This document shows positions 49,381 to 61,202 of a stretch of DNA of 64,000 bases, in pieces. A program made the translations under genes and the position numbers. Source of the stretch: an uncultured Candidatus Binatia bacterium (GTDB lineage Bacteria > Desulfobacterota > Binatia > UBA9968 > JAJDTQ01); the NCBI GenBank assembly GCA_965215605.1, contig OZ244070.1, forward strand, positions 384,001 to 448,000, written 5' to 3'. Below the pieces are notes generated by a model. That model worked only from the letters and a program-made list of their open reading frames with translations. It ran no database searches and was not told where the DNA came from. Position 1 is the first letter of the stretch. The number at the start of each line of letters is the position of its first letter.

Positions 49381-50297
49381 TTAGGTTCTGCCGTTCCGCT
49401 TTCTCGCGTAGGCGATCATGTTCAGGCGATGGTTGAAGTGTACGAAGGCCCGGGAGAGTTTAAGGGCCTTGACGGCTGCGCGAGCGATTGCGCCGACCGT
49501 GGGAAGCGCTGCTCCGACACGTTTTGCTGCCGTTGCAAAGTCCGTCGTCAAGCCGTAGCTGTCGATACGGATCACATCAAAACCCGCCCGATGGAGTGCC
49601 GCAGTCAGCGTCCGGCGGGTGAAGAACGTCAGGTGCTCGCCGGACTCCGCCTTCTGAACCAGTTCGTTACGCGCCCCAAGGAGTCGTGCGGCAAGTGAAC
49701 CCAAGTCAGGGGTGCTAACGGCCATGACTCCCCCTTCTCGTACCAACGATGCTGCCTTGGCGATACTTCCCCAGGGGTCTTCGAGGTGTTCGACCACATC
49801 CAACATCGTCACCGTGTCATAGGGGCCGCCGTTGAAGTCGGCCAACTCGGTACAAGTCGCGAGAAAGCAGTATTTGGCCGAAAGCTTGCTTATGGCATCC
49901 GCGTTGCGGTCGATGCCCTCTACGTCGAATCCACAATCCTGTGCGGTGTCCATGAAGTGCCCCATTGCGCACCCGATGTCCAACAAGCTTGGACGGGGGG
50001 GGGGGGGGCCAGTTCCATCAGCCTGCGTGCGACCCGCTGGTGGTCCATTTGCTTGAGAAACCGGAGCCCGACGTAATCGTGGTAGCCCACGAGTCGATGG
50101 CCGTCGTCAGGACCTTCGTTCCTTCGTTCGAAGTAATCGCCGTCATACAGTCGAGCTAACTGGTCCTCGTCGGGCATCGGGTCCGCCCACATCAGTCCGC
50201 AATCCTGGCACCTGAGCACGTTCCGCGTACCGAGGTGCCATTGGACCTTTACGTCGGTGTGTCCGCACAAGGCGCATATGTGTTCATTTTGAGACAT
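49381..50297 (-). pseudogene. Class I SAM-dependent methyltransferase split by a homopolymer tract
   Basis: N-part with CALC/CQDC; C-part LLDIGCAMG and DVVEHLEDP; frames switch at G14 (49995-50008). Confidence 0.82.
49995..50008. repeat. Poly-G tract (14 nt)
   Basis: Directly visible. Confidence 0.95.
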
Positions 50298-50358
50298 TCC
50301 TCGTCTACTGACAGCCGGGTCCTGAGACTCGCGCCTGCAACTTCGATCTCCTGCAACA

Positions 50359-51552
50359 CTAAGCGGGCGCCGGTTCGGCCGGGGACCTGGAGAGCGCGAA
50401 CCACAACGTCGCCGCGGCCGCGATGGCCAGCAGCGGGATGCTGCTCAGGTTCACCCATTCCCAGCCGAAGAAGTGCAGCAGCGCCCCGGACGACAGCGAC
50501 ACCACCGCCACGAAGGCGTAGTTGATGAAGCTCATGGCGCCCTGGGTCTTGGCCCGCTCGGCCGGGTTGTAGGACGCCGTCAGGAGCGACGTGCCGCCGG
50601 TGAAGGCGAAGTTCCAGCCCACGCCGAGGAGCAGCATGGAGAGCCAGAACTCCATCACGCCCTCGCCCGACAGCGCCACCCCGATGCACAGGAGCTGCAG
50701 CGCCACCCCGGTCAGGATGACGCGCACCTCGCCGAAGCGCTTGATCAGGGATCCGGTGACGAACCCCGGCGCGAACATGCCGAAGCTGTGCCAGCTTATG
50801 ACGAACGCGGTGTCGGCGAACTGGAAGTCGGCCTCGACCATGGCGATGGGGATGGCCGTCATCAACAGGTTCATGACCCCTTGCCCCATGGTGGCCGCCA
50901 GGGTGGCGGCGATGAATACCGGCTGCACCATGATCCGGGCCAGGGGACGCTGAGCGGCGGCGCGTTCGCTCGGGGTGAGGTTGGGAATATGGAGGAAGAT
51001 CAGCGCCAGGGCGATAAGCGCCATGAGCCCCACGAGGAACACATAGGAGCCCATGAACTCGCCCGTGGCCACGAGGTTCTCCCCGGTCTTGGCCAGGTAG
51101 GGGCCGATGAAGGCCGCCACCACGCCGCCGGCCAGCACCAGGGAGATGGCCTTGCTCTTGAACTCCTGGGGCGCGGTGTCGGCCGCGGCAAAGCGGAAGT
51201 ACTGTCCGAAGGCGGCGAAGACGCCGTAGGTGAGGGCGGCGAGGCACAACAGCCAGAACCGCGACTGGACGATGGCGACCAGGACCATGACGCCGGCGAG
51301 GGCGCCGATGCCCGCGCCGATCATGAACCCGAAACGGCGTCCGGTGACGCGCATGAACATCGAGGCCGGCATGGTGGCGATGGCCGTGCCGACGATCACC
51401 AGTGCCGCCGGCGTGGTGGCCAGCGCCCGGTAGCCCATGCCCAAGGCGATGACCGGCGTGGTGGCGATGAGGAGGGTCCGCGAAGACCCGAACAGCATCT
51501 GGCACGTGGCCAGAACGAAGACGTTCCTGCGGATGGGAGGCTCGGTGGCCAT
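50359..51552 (-). CDS. MFS transporter
   Basis: RNVFVLA, YFRFAAAD, GVGWNFAFTGG, about 12 TM. Confidence 0.88.
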   Translation of the reverse strand: MATEPPIRRNVFVLATCQMLFGSSRTLLIATTPVIALGMGYRALATTPAALVIVGTAIATMPASMFMRVTGRRFGFMIGAGIGALAGVMVLVAIVQSRFWLLCLAALTYGVFAAFGQYFRFAAADTAPQEFKSKAISLVLAGGVVAAFIGPYLAKTGENLVATGEFMGSYVFLVGLMALIALALIFLHIPNLTPSERAAAQRPLARIMVQPVFIAATLAATMGQGVMNLLMTAIPIAMVEADFQFADTAFVISWHSFGMFAPGFVTGSLIKRFGEVRVILTGVALQLLCIGVALSGEGVMEFWLSMLLLGVGWNFAFTGGTSLLTASYNPAERAKTQGAMSFINYAFVAVVSLSSGALLHFFGWEWVNLSSIPLLAIAAAATLWFALSRSPAEPAPA

Positions 51553-51616
51553 ACGCGCCTACCCTACAGCAATTCGTGACGATGCGCCATCGTGCACCCG
51601 GCCGGCGCCGCCGGCG

Positions 51617-53212
51617 TCAGTCGAAGACCGTAGCGGAGTAGGGCTCCACGTCGATGAAGGCCTCGATGACGCTGGGGCCGTCGAGACCGAGCCCCCAGCG
51701 GATGGCGGCCTCGACCTCGGCAGCACTTGTGGCGCTCCGGCACGGGACGCCGAAGTAGTGCGGCGGAGAGTCCGCCCGGGTGCCGAGTTCCACTCCGGAA
51801 AGCGGGAACTCCCTGCGCTCCTGCTTCACCTTCATGAGCCCGAGCCATCCGTCGTTGAGCACGATGATCGGCACCGCGAGGTTGCGCCGCCGGGCCACCG
51901 CAAGCTCCCCCGCCGTCATCTGAAAGCAGCCGTCCCCCACCACCCCCGCCACCGCGCGGTCGGGGTGGACCATCTTGGCGGCATAGGCGGCGGGCATGCC
52001 GAAACCCATGGACGACCAGCCGTTGGTGGCCAGCAGCGTGCGCGGCAGGTCGGTGCGCCACTGGGTGGCGATCTGGTGCGTGTGGGCCCCCACGTCATAG
52101 GCCAGGATGCCGTCCGCCGGCAGGGCCGCGCGCAGGATGTCGAGCACATAATGGGCCGCCAACCGGCTCCCTTCCGGGCGGAGCTCCCGGTCCAGCATGT
52201 TCCGGTGGGCTTCCCACTCCTCCGGCGTCCAGTCGTTGGCCACCGGCGCCAGGTCCTCCCACCGCCGCAGCGCCCGATCGAGATCGCCGCCGCGGTTGAA
52301 GGCGAAGCGGACACGCGGGTCCGGCTCCGCGGGGGTGGTGTCCAGGTGGAACACCGGCGTGTCTCCTGTCCACTCCTCGTAGTTGATCTCGATGGGGTCG
52401 TAACCGGCGGCGACGATCAGGTCGGCCCGGTCGAGCATCCGCTGCACGTCGGTGCGACGGGCCCGCCCGATCACCCCTACCCAGTTGGGGTGGCCCTCGG
52501 GCAGGCACCCCTTGGCGTGCAGGGTCGACACGAACGGCAGGCGGTGGTCCTCGATGAAGCGCAGCAGCGAGGCCCCGGCCGTGCTCCTGGCAAAGGTCAA
52601 TCCCGTGATGACCAGCGGACGGCGGCTTCGGGAGAGCGCCGCCGCGAGTGCCGCCCGGGCCTGCTCCGAAACGTCCTCCAGCACCGGCGCCGGGGCGGGC
52701 GCCGGCGCCTCGCCCACACACGGGGCCACGCCCACGTCCTCGGGCAGATCGAGGTGCACCGGGCCGGGCGGCTCCGCGACGGCCACGGCCAAGGCTTCCG
52801 CCAACAGGTCCGGCACGTCGTGGGAGCCCAGGGCGAAGGTGGCCTTGGTGAGGGGCCGAAAGAGCGCGTTGTGGTCGATGCGCATCTGGACCCTGCGCTG
52901 GAGCCAGGGGCTGGAAACGTTGCAGGTGAAGGCCAGCACCGGCGCGCTGTCCAGCCAGGCGCAGCCCACGCCGGTGGTGAGGTTGGTGGCGCCCGGGCCC
53001 ACGGTGGCGGCGCAGGCCCCGGGCACGCCGGTGAGTTGGCCCACGGTGGTAGCCATGAAACCCGCGGAGGTCTCGCTGGCCGTCAGCACGAACTCCACGG
53101 GGCTCCGGCCCAGGGCCTCGATGAGCGGCAGCACCGGACCGCTGGGGATGCCGAAGACCCAGCGGACTCCCGCCTGCTCCAGCATGCGGACAATGGTCTC
53201 GACGTTGGTCAT
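51617..53212 (-). CDS. Thiamine-pyrophosphate-binding enzyme (acetolactate synthase-like)
   Basis: VFGIP, ETSAGFMA, GPGATN, SSMGFG, GDGCF..LND. Confidence 0.9.
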   Translation of the reverse strand: MTNVETIVRMLEQAGVRWVFGIPSGPVLPLIEALGRSPVEFVLTASETSAGFMATTVGQLTGVPGACAATVGPGATNLTTGVGCAWLDSAPVLAFTCNVSSPWLQRRVQMRIDHNALFRPLTKATFALGSHDVPDLLAEALAVAVAEPPGPVHLDLPEDVGVAPCVGEAPAPAPAPVLEDVSEQARAALAAALSRSRRPLVITGLTFARSTAGASLLRFIEDHRLPFVSTLHAKGCLPEGHPNWVGVIGRARRTDVQRMLDRADLIVAAGYDPIEINYEEWTGDTPVFHLDTTPAEPDPRVRFAFNRGGDLDRALRRWEDLAPVANDWTPEEWEAHRNMLDRELRPEGSRLAAHYVLDILRAALPADGILAYDVGAHTHQIATQWRTDLPRTLLATNGWSSMGFGMPAAYAAKMVHPDRAVAGVVGDGCFQMTAGELAVARRRNLAVPIIVLNDGWLGLMKVKQERREFPLSGVELGTRADSPPHYFGVPCRSATSAAEVEAAIRWGLGLDGPSVIEAFIDVEPYSATVFD

Positions 53213-53216
53213 ATCG

Positions 53217-54014
53217 TCACGTGCCCACCCGGACGGGGTCCAGCGCATCCTGGAGGGAGCGGATCATGGACAGCACGGTCAGCCGCCCGGTCCGCGGATT
53301 CTCGGTGGGGACGTTCTCGATATGCATGGTCAGGCGGCCGAACTCGCCCTCGGCCTCGACGTCGTGACAGTTGCGCTCGAGCCCCGGCACCGCCAGGATC
53401 CGTATCCGCGTGCGGTCCGGCCCCAGGCCCGCCAGGCTCACGGCCGCGGACACGTTGACGTTGGCGGGAAAGGCCCGGCAGGCTTGCCGTGCCGTGCCGG
53501 AGAAGATCTCCTTCGGCTCGGTCAAGCCGGCCAGCGAGATATCGTTCTCGACGAGATGGGGAGCACCTTCCAGGCCATGGGGAGGTTTTCGCGTGGTGAT
53601 GGTGACGTGGGCCACTTCTCCGGCGCACGCCGACTTGATGCCGTCGAGCGCCGCAATGGCGCCGGAAGGCAGCAGCAGCCGGCAGCCGGTCTCGCGCGCC
53701 CGCTCGATGACCTCGGGATGGTCCAGCAGTGCGCCGACGCTGATGACCATGAGGTCCTTGCCGGCGTCGAACACCCGGCGCGCCAACTCGCGGACGACGG
53801 CTCCCCCCGCCGCCTCCACGACGATGTCCGAACGGACGACGAGCTCGTCGAGAGAGAGGAAAGGCACCGCGGTCCCCAGGGTCTCGAGGAACTCCCTGCA
53901 AGAGCTCTCCGTGCGGCTGGTGACGCATGCATCCGCGGCCACGGCTCCTGAATCAATGGCCTTCAACAAGCCCTTGCCGATGGCTCCGCAGCCCACGATA
54001 CCGATGGTTTTCAT
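53217..54014 (-). CDS. nadX: L-aspartate dehydrogenase
   Basis: GCGAIG, VVEAA, SVGAL, PSGAI, FPANVNV, NPRT. Confidence 0.88.
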   Translation of the reverse strand: MKTIGIVGCGAIGKGLLKAIDSGAVAADACVTSRTESSCREFLETLGTAVPFLSLDELVVRSDIVVEAAGGAVVRELARRVFDAGKDLMVISVGALLDHPEVIERARETGCRLLLPSGAIAALDGIKSACAGEVAHVTITTRKPPHGLEGAPHLVENDISLAGLTEPKEIFSGTARQACRAFPANVNVSAAVSLAGLGPDRTRIRILAVPGLERNCHDVEAEGEFGRLTMHIENVPTENPRTGRLTVLSMIRSLQDALDPVRVGT

Positions 54015-54253
54015 ATGAGATGGCTCCCTGACGGACCAGGCGACTTGTCTGCCCTATAGCAGCCCCGTGGGGAGGGTTTCAACATGGGCCGGGGTAACGG
54101 GGACGATCGGATAGCGGATGCGTGTTGCGAAAATGTTACAAACGCCGCGCCGAGTGTGGTATGGGTTTCGTGACTTGCAAGGTCCACCAGGGACGCTCGA
54201 AAAATGGCGCTCAGGCATGCGCGTCAACACGAAGACATTGGGAGGACAGTACT

Positions 54254-55288
54254 ATGAAACGTCTCGGCCTGTTCATGTTTGCCTTCGCCGTCTCCGGCCT
54301 CGTGGCGGGAGCTGCCAACACGGCGTTTGCCGCCGGCAAGTTGACCCTGTACTGCAGCCCGCAGATCGAGTGGTGCCAGCTCATGGTCAAGGAGTTCGAG
54401 AAGGCCACCGGCATCAAGGTCGCCATGACGCGGAAGAGCTCCGGTGAAACCTTCGCCCAGATCAAGGCGGAAAGGCGCAACCCGAAGGGCGACGTCTGGT
54501 GGGGCGGCACCGGCGATCCACACCTGCAGGCGGCCGAGGAAGGCCTCACCCAGGAGTACAAGTCGCCGCGACTGGGCGAACTGCAGGACTGGGCCCAGCG
54601 CCAGGCCGAGCAGTCCGGCTACAAGACCGTGGGCATCTACGCCGGCGCTCTCGGAGCCGGTTACAACAGCGAACTCCTGGCCAAGCACAAGCTGACGGCG
54701 CCGAAATGCTGGGCGGACCTGACCAAGCCCGCGTTCAAGGGACACGTCCAGATGGCGAATCCCAACTCCTCCGGCACCGCCTACACGACGCTGGCCACCA
54801 TCATCCAGGTCTTCGGCGAGGAGAAGGGCTTCGAGTTCATGAAGGGCCTGCACAAGAACATCAACCAGTACACCAAGTCGGGCTCGGCCCCGATCAAGGC
54901 GTCGGCCCGGGGCGAGACCACCGTCGGCATCGTCTTCCAGCACGACGCGGTGACCCAGGCGGTCAAGGGCTTCCCCATCAAGATCGTCTCGCCCTGCGAG
55001 GGTACCGGCTATGAGATCGGCTCGGTGAGCATCATCAAGGGCGGCCGCAATCCGGAAAGCGCCAGGAAGTGGGTGGACTTCGCCCTGGATCCGAAGATCC
55101 AGACCATGGCGGCCCAGGCCAAGGCGTACCAGGTGCCGTCGAACGCCAAGGCCACTCCGCCGCCGCAGGCCCCCGACCTCAGCCAGATCAAGCTCATCGA
55201 CTACGACTTCAAGAAGTACGGATCTTCGGCGGAACGGCGGCGTCTGTTGAAGAAGTGGGACGACGAGGTTTCCACGCTGCCGCGTTGA
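54254..55288 (+). CDS. ABC substrate-binding protein (AfuA-like)
   Basis: WWGGTGDP, NPNSSGTAY, YTKSG, PCEGTGYEIG. Confidence 0.88.
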   Translation: MKRLGLFMFAFAVSGLVAGAANTAFAAGKLTLYCSPQIEWCQLMVKEFEKATGIKVAMTRKSSGETFAQIKAERRNPKGDVWWGGTGDPHLQAAEEGLTQEYKSPRLGELQDWAQRQAEQSGYKTVGIYAGALGAGYNSELLAKHKLTAPKCWADLTKPAFKGHVQMANPNSSGTAYTTLATIIQVFGEEKGFEFMKGLHKNINQYTKSGSAPIKASARGETTVGIVFQHDAVTQAVKGFPIKIVSPCEGTGYEIGSVSIIKGGRNPESARKWVDFALDPKIQTMAAQAKAYQVPSNAKATPPPQAPDLSQIKLIDYDFKKYGSSAERRRLLKKWDDEVSTLPR

Positions 55289-55302
55289 GCGTCTGATCCG
55301 TT

Positions 55303-57518
55303 GTGGCCATGAATCGGCCCGCCGCGCTTTGGCTTGCCGTGGGGTGGGGCGGCTTCGCGCTCCTCCCTTGGTACGGCGTGGAGGACGGGTTCTGGTCCTT
55401 CGCTTGGCTGTTCGACTACCCGGCCGGAGCCGATGCGGCTCCGGCCCTTCTCCAAATCCTCCTGATCGGCCGCTGGTGGCTGACGCCGATGGTGCTGCCG
55501 CTGGCGGCGCCGCTGGTGGTGCTGTGGCGCCGGCGCACGGACCCGCTCTTCTCCACCGTCCTGCTGGCGGCCGGCGGCGCCGGCACCATCTGTCTCCTGG
55601 CCCAGGGCTTTCTGATCGGCATCGGCGGCTGGGAGTACGCCTCCCTGGAAGGGATCTTCGGTCCCCTCGGCGATCGCCAGTTCGGCATGGGCTACGGTGC
55701 CCTGCTGGTGTCGGCCGCGTTTCTTTTCCTGTTCGCGCAGGGACTGGCCGCGCGCGGAGCGATCAACGGCGACGGTTTCGTCGTGGGCTCCATCGCCTTG
55801 GTCATCGCCCTCGTCGCGGCGTTCATCTTCTTCCCGGTCGTACGCATCCTGGCCAGCGCCTTCCAGGACAACGACTACAACTTCGTGCCCTTCCTCTTCG
55901 TCGAGAAGCTGTTCAGCCGCGACATCTGGGGACTGGGCTGCCTCACCGCCAGCGTCAACTGCGGCGTCGCCTGGAACTCGCTGTTGATGGCCATCGCGGT
56001 CGGCGCCAGCACGACGATCCTGGGGCTGGCCTTCGCCCTGCTGGCGACCCGGACCGGCTTCCGCGCCAAGAAACTGCTCCGCCTGCTGACCGTCCTGCCC
56101 ATCATCACGCCGCCTTTCGTCATCGGCCTTGCCATCATCCTGCTGTTCGGCGCGTCGGGCACGGTGACGCTGGCCATCGAGGCCGTCACCGGAACGACAC
56201 CCGGGCGCTATATCTACGGCCTCCCCGGGATATGGCTGGCTCAGACCCTGGCCTTTACGCCCATCGCCTTCCTGGTCCTGATCGGCGTCGTCGAAGGCGT
56301 CAGTCCCTCCATGGAAGAGGCGGCCCAGACCCTGCGCGCCGACGATTGGCGCACCTTCACCACCGTCTCGCTGCCGCTGATGCGTCCGGGGCTGGCCAAT
56401 GCCTTCCTCGTGGGTTTCATCGAGAGCCTGGCGGATTTCGGCAATCCGCTGGTCCTGGGCGGCAACTTCGACGTCCTGTCGACGTCCATCTTCTTTGCCA
56501 TCGTCGGCGCCCAGAACGACCAGGGCCGGGCCGCGGTTCTGGCCATCCTTCTGCTGGTCTTCACCTTGTCCGCCTTCTGGGCCCAGCACCGCTGGCTGGG
56601 ACAGAAGTCCTACGCCACGGTGACCGGCAAGGGCGACGCCGGCCTGCACGTGCCGCTGCCCAAGCGCGTGACTTGGCTGACCTACGGTTCGGCCCTGCCC
56701 TGGGCGGGGCTGACCGCGATCATCTACTGCATGATCCTGTTCGGCGGTTTTGTGGAGCTCTGGGGTCGCGATCACAGCTTGACCCTGCGGCACTACATCG
56801 ACGCCTTTTCCGTCACCACCGGCGCAGGCGGTTGGGTCTGGTCGGGCGCCGCCTGGAACTCTTTCTGGACGACCATCTACATCTCGGTTGTCTCCGCTCC
56901 CCTGACCGCGGCGGTGGGTCTGCTTACCGCCTGGCTGCTGATCCGTCAGAAGTTCGCCGGGCAGGAGGCATTCGAGTTCGGTACCATGCTGAGCTTCGCG
57001 ATACCCGGCACCGTCATCGGAGTCGGCTACATCCTGGCGTTCAACGTGCCGCCCATCGAGCTCACCGGCACGGGCATCATACTGGTCATCTGCTTCATCT
57101 TCCGGAACATGCCGGTGGGCGTCCGCGCCGGCATCGCCGCCATGACCCAGATCGACAAGAGCCTGGACGAGGCCTCGCTGACCCTGGGCGCCAGCTCGTT
57201 CGCCACGGTCCGCAGAGTGGTCCTGCCGCTCCTCCGGCCGGCCGTGGTGGCCGCCCTGGTCTTCAGCTTCGTCCGCGCCATGACCGCCATCAGCGCGGTG
57301 ATCTTCCTGGTCAGCGCCAACTACGACATGGCCACATCCTATATCATCGGCCGGGTGGAGAACGGCGATTACGGCCTTGCCATCGCCTATAGCTCGGTCC
57401 TGATCGTGGTCATGGTAGCGGTGATCTGGCTGATTCAGTTGGTGGTAGGCCAACGGCGCATCGGCCGTCGGGCGGAGTCCATGGACGTGACCGCCCTCGG
57501 CACGGGAGGAGGGGCGGC

Positions 57519-57522
<4 letters not shown>
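55303..57522 (+). CDS. ABC fused permease (AfuB-like)
   Basis: PIITPPFV, MEEAAQTL, ADFGNP, SLDEASLTLGA. Confidence 0.9.
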
Positions 57523-58595
<1,073 letters not shown>

Positions 58596-58618
58596 TCCGC
58601 AAGGGGTACGGCACCGAT

Positions 58619-59446
58619 ATGGATGATCGAGCGCTGGCCGATCGCTTCCGGGCGGCGAAAGAGATCGCACACGACGCGGGCCGGGCGGCGCTGGCATCTT
58701 TCCGCAATCCGGCCGGGCTCAAAATAAGCTCCAAGGGCCGACAGGACTTCGTCAGCCAGGCCGACAACGCCGTCGAGGCGCTCATCCGGGACCGCGTTCA
58801 CGCGATCTTCCCCGATGACGGATTTCTCGGTGAAGAGGGCGGCGCCGCGCTTGCGGGTAGTGACGACGGCGGCCTCTGGGTCGTCGATCCCATCGACGGA
58901 ACCGCGAACTTCATCAACCAGGTGCCGGCGTGGTGCGTCTCCATCGCCTATGTGCGGCAGGGCCGAATCGAGCTCGGCGTGGTCTACGACCCGAACGCGG
59001 ACGAGATGTTCTCGGCCCGCCGCGGCCGGGGCGCCTTCCGCGGCGAAACCCCGATCTCGACCAGCACCGCCGAAAGTCTGACCCAGGGCGCGGTCGACAT
59101 CGGCTACTCCACCCGGACCCCGCCGGCGCCGGCGGTTGACAGCATCCGCCGATTGCTCGAAGCCGGCGGGATGTACCAGCGCAGCGGTTCGGGCGCGTTG
59201 ATGCTCTGTTACGTCGCCGCCGGCCGTGTGCTTGGCTACCTGGAAGCACACATCAACGCTTGGGATTGTCTCGCGGGGATCTTGCTCGTTCGAGAGGCCG
59301 GCGGCTGGACCAACGACTTCCTCGCCAATGACGGCCTGCTCCATGGCAACCCCATCGTGGCCGCGGCGCCGGGCGTCGCCAGCGCCTTGCGCGCCGTGGC
59401 GGCGTTCGAAGTGGAGATGCGTTACGCGACGCCGAAGGGTCGGTAG
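58619..59446 (+). CDS. Inositol monophosphatase family protein
   Basis: FLGEE, WVVDPIDGTANF, GSGAL, AWDCLAG. Confidence 0.92.
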   Translation: MDDRALADRFRAAKEIAHDAGRAALASFRNPAGLKISSKGRQDFVSQADNAVEALIRDRVHAIFPDDGFLGEEGGAALAGSDDGGLWVVDPIDGTANFINQVPAWCVSIAYVRQGRIELGVVYDPNADEMFSARRGRGAFRGETPISTSTAESLTQGAVDIGYSTRTPPAPAVDSIRRLLEAGGMYQRSGSGALMLCYVAAGRVLGYLEAHINAWDCLAGILLVREAGGWTNDFLANDGLLHGNPIVAAAPGVASALRAVAAFEVEMRYATPKGR

Positions 59447-59495
59447 GGGTTCGGCCGCCGGGAGACGCCACGCGGCCAAATTTGAAAACTCACCC

Positions 59496-59921
59496 CTACG
59501 AGAAATCCATCCGGTACAACATCCAATACACCACGACGCCGGTGGCCGACACGTAGATCCACAGCGGCAGGGTCCAGCGCGCGATGGCGCGGTGTCTGTC
59601 GAAGCGTTCCCTCAGTGCCCGCACGACGGTGATGACGACCAGCGGCGCGATGGCCGTGGCCAGGACCGTGTGGGACACCAGGACGGCGAAGTAGACCATG
59701 CGGATCCAGCCCTGCCCCTGGAAGCGGACGGAACCGACACTGAAGTGATAGACGAGGTACGAGATCAGAAACAGCCCGGAACTGCCCAGCGCGGCCAGCA
59801 TGCACCGTTTATGAGCCGCGACGTTGCGCTGCCGGATGAACCAGTAGCCAGTGAGGAGAAGAATCGCACTGACCGAGTTGAGCAGCGCGTTCAGGTGAGG
59901 AAGCGACGTGACCGTGATCAA
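59496..59921 (-). CDS. DUF420 (CtaM-like) membrane protein
   Basis: LPHLNALLN, HKRCM, FLISYLVYH, LPLWIYVSATG. Confidence 0.88.
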   Translation of the reverse strand: MITVTSLPHLNALLNSVSAILLLTGYWFIRQRNVAAHKRCMLAALGSSGLFLISYLVYHFSVGSVRFQGQGWIRMVYFAVLVSHTVLATAIAPLVVITVVRALRERFDRHRAIARWTLPLWIYVSATGVVVYWMLYRMDFS

Positions 59922-60002
59922 TGGAGGCGTTGGTGTTTCAGGGGCTGCGCTTTCCGAGCCTGCCCAATCCGCTCCGCTCCGGCCCTCGGTATCACGATGG
60001 GG

Positions 60003-60290
60003 TCAGGCCAGCTCCGGAATCAGCATCAAGATCAGGAAGACGCAGAGAATCGCCGGTATAATTGCGATCCACCAGATCACGACCTTCTCGAACTTGAGGT
60101 GCATGAAGTAGATGGCCACCAGCGCGGCCTTCACCGATGCCAACAGCACCAGGCCGGCGGCGATCATGAGCTGGGGTATCGGCAGGTAGATGATCCCCAC
60201 CTCCACCACCGTGAGGACGAAGAGCCAGCCGAATACCGCCAGGTATTTGGGTTCCGCGTGTGCTTCGTTATGAGCTGCTGTATCTGCCAT
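60003..60290 (-). CDS. Cytochrome c oxidase subunit IV (caa3 type)
   Basis: LTVVEV, KAALVAIYFMHLKFE. Confidence 0.88.
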   Translation of the reverse strand: MADTAAHNEAHAEPKYLAVFGWLFVLTVVEVGIIYLPIPQLMIAAGLVLLASVKAALVAIYFMHLKFEKVVIWWIAIIPAILCVFLILMLIPELA

Positions 60291-60307
60291 GGATGCTCTC
60301 CCGTTTC

Positions 60308-60919
60308 CTACAAGAGGTAGACGAAGGTGAAGATCAGGATCCACACCAGGTCGACGAAGTGCCAGTAGAGACCGGCGATCTCAACCACCGAGGCATTGGC
60401 CTGGGTGATCCGGCCGGTCAGGCCGCCCACAAACACGACGATAAGGTAGACGACGCCGCCGAACACGTGCATGCCGTGAAAACCGGTCATGATGTAGAAG
60501 GTGTCGCCGAACACCGGCGAGCCGAACTTGTTCGCGGAGATGGTCACGCCCTGATGAATGAGATGGGTCCATTCGTAGACCTGGCACGCCAGGAAGGCCG
60601 TGCCTCCCAGGATCGTCAGCAGCATGAACTTTCTGAACTCCTGCATATTGCCGCGTTTGATGCCGGAAAGGGACAGCACCATGGTCACGCTGCTGCAGAT
60701 CAGCAAGAACGTCATGAACGCGGTCAGGTTGATGCCCAGCACTTCCGCCGGCACCGGCCAGTCGGTCGCGGCCATACGCATGATGCCAAAGGTCACGATG
60801 AGGGTCCCGAAGGTCATCGCGTCGCCGCAGAGGAAGATCCACATGCCCAGCTTGCCCCAGCTTTCCGGGGTGAGTGGAGACTCCGCGGGCTCTCGATGTA
60901 ACGTCGCTGCCTCGCTCAT
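60308..60919 (-). CDS. ctaE: Cytochrome c oxidase subunit III
   Basis: KLGMWIFL, TGFHGMHV, GLYWHFVDLVWI. Confidence 0.9.
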   Translation of the reverse strand: MSEAATLHREPAESPLTPESWGKLGMWIFLCGDAMTFGTLIVTFGIMRMAATDWPVPAEVLGINLTAFMTFLLICSSVTMVLSLSGIKRGNMQEFRKFMLLTILGGTAFLACQVYEWTHLIHQGVTISANKFGSPVFGDTFYIMTGFHGMHVFGGVVYLIVVFVGGLTGRITQANASVVEIAGLYWHFVDLVWILIFTFVYLL

Positions 60920-61192
60920 CTAACATTCTCCTTTTCCGACGATATGTAGCCGGGCCTGCCCGCCCTCGCGCGCCTTCTGCGCGCGCGTGTAACGATAGAT
61001 GATCCAGCCCGCGCAACCGGCCAGGGTGGCGTAGGGCATGGCCATCAGGAACACCACGGTCCAGTTGAAGGCCTCGGCGATCCGCTCGGTCTCGGCGGCA
61101 AGGCCCCGTGGGGTCCAGGGCACGGAAACCATGGCCGCAACGGTGGTCATTCCCGCCACCCGCGCCACGAGTCGATTGTCCGTCGAGGCCAT
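60920..61192 (-). CDS. Small membrane protein in the oxidase operon
   Basis: Fills the gap between two subunit III genes; TM segment AFNWTVVFLMAMPY. Confidence 0.6.
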   Translation of the reverse strand: MASTDNRLVARVAGMTTVAAMVSVPWTPRGLAAETERIAEAFNWTVVFLMAMPYATLAGCAGWIIYRYTRAQKAREGGQARLHIVGKGEC

Positions 61193-61202
61193 ACGCGCGC
61201 TT

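Noticed and set aside
13686-57453. Very long antisense or alternate-frame ORFs (e.g. 13686-15806, 21382-23565, 35126-37735, 42062-44818, 51437-53458, 55201-57453)
   Set aside because: Shadow ORFs of high-GC genes; no motifs and fully overlapping well-supported CDSs
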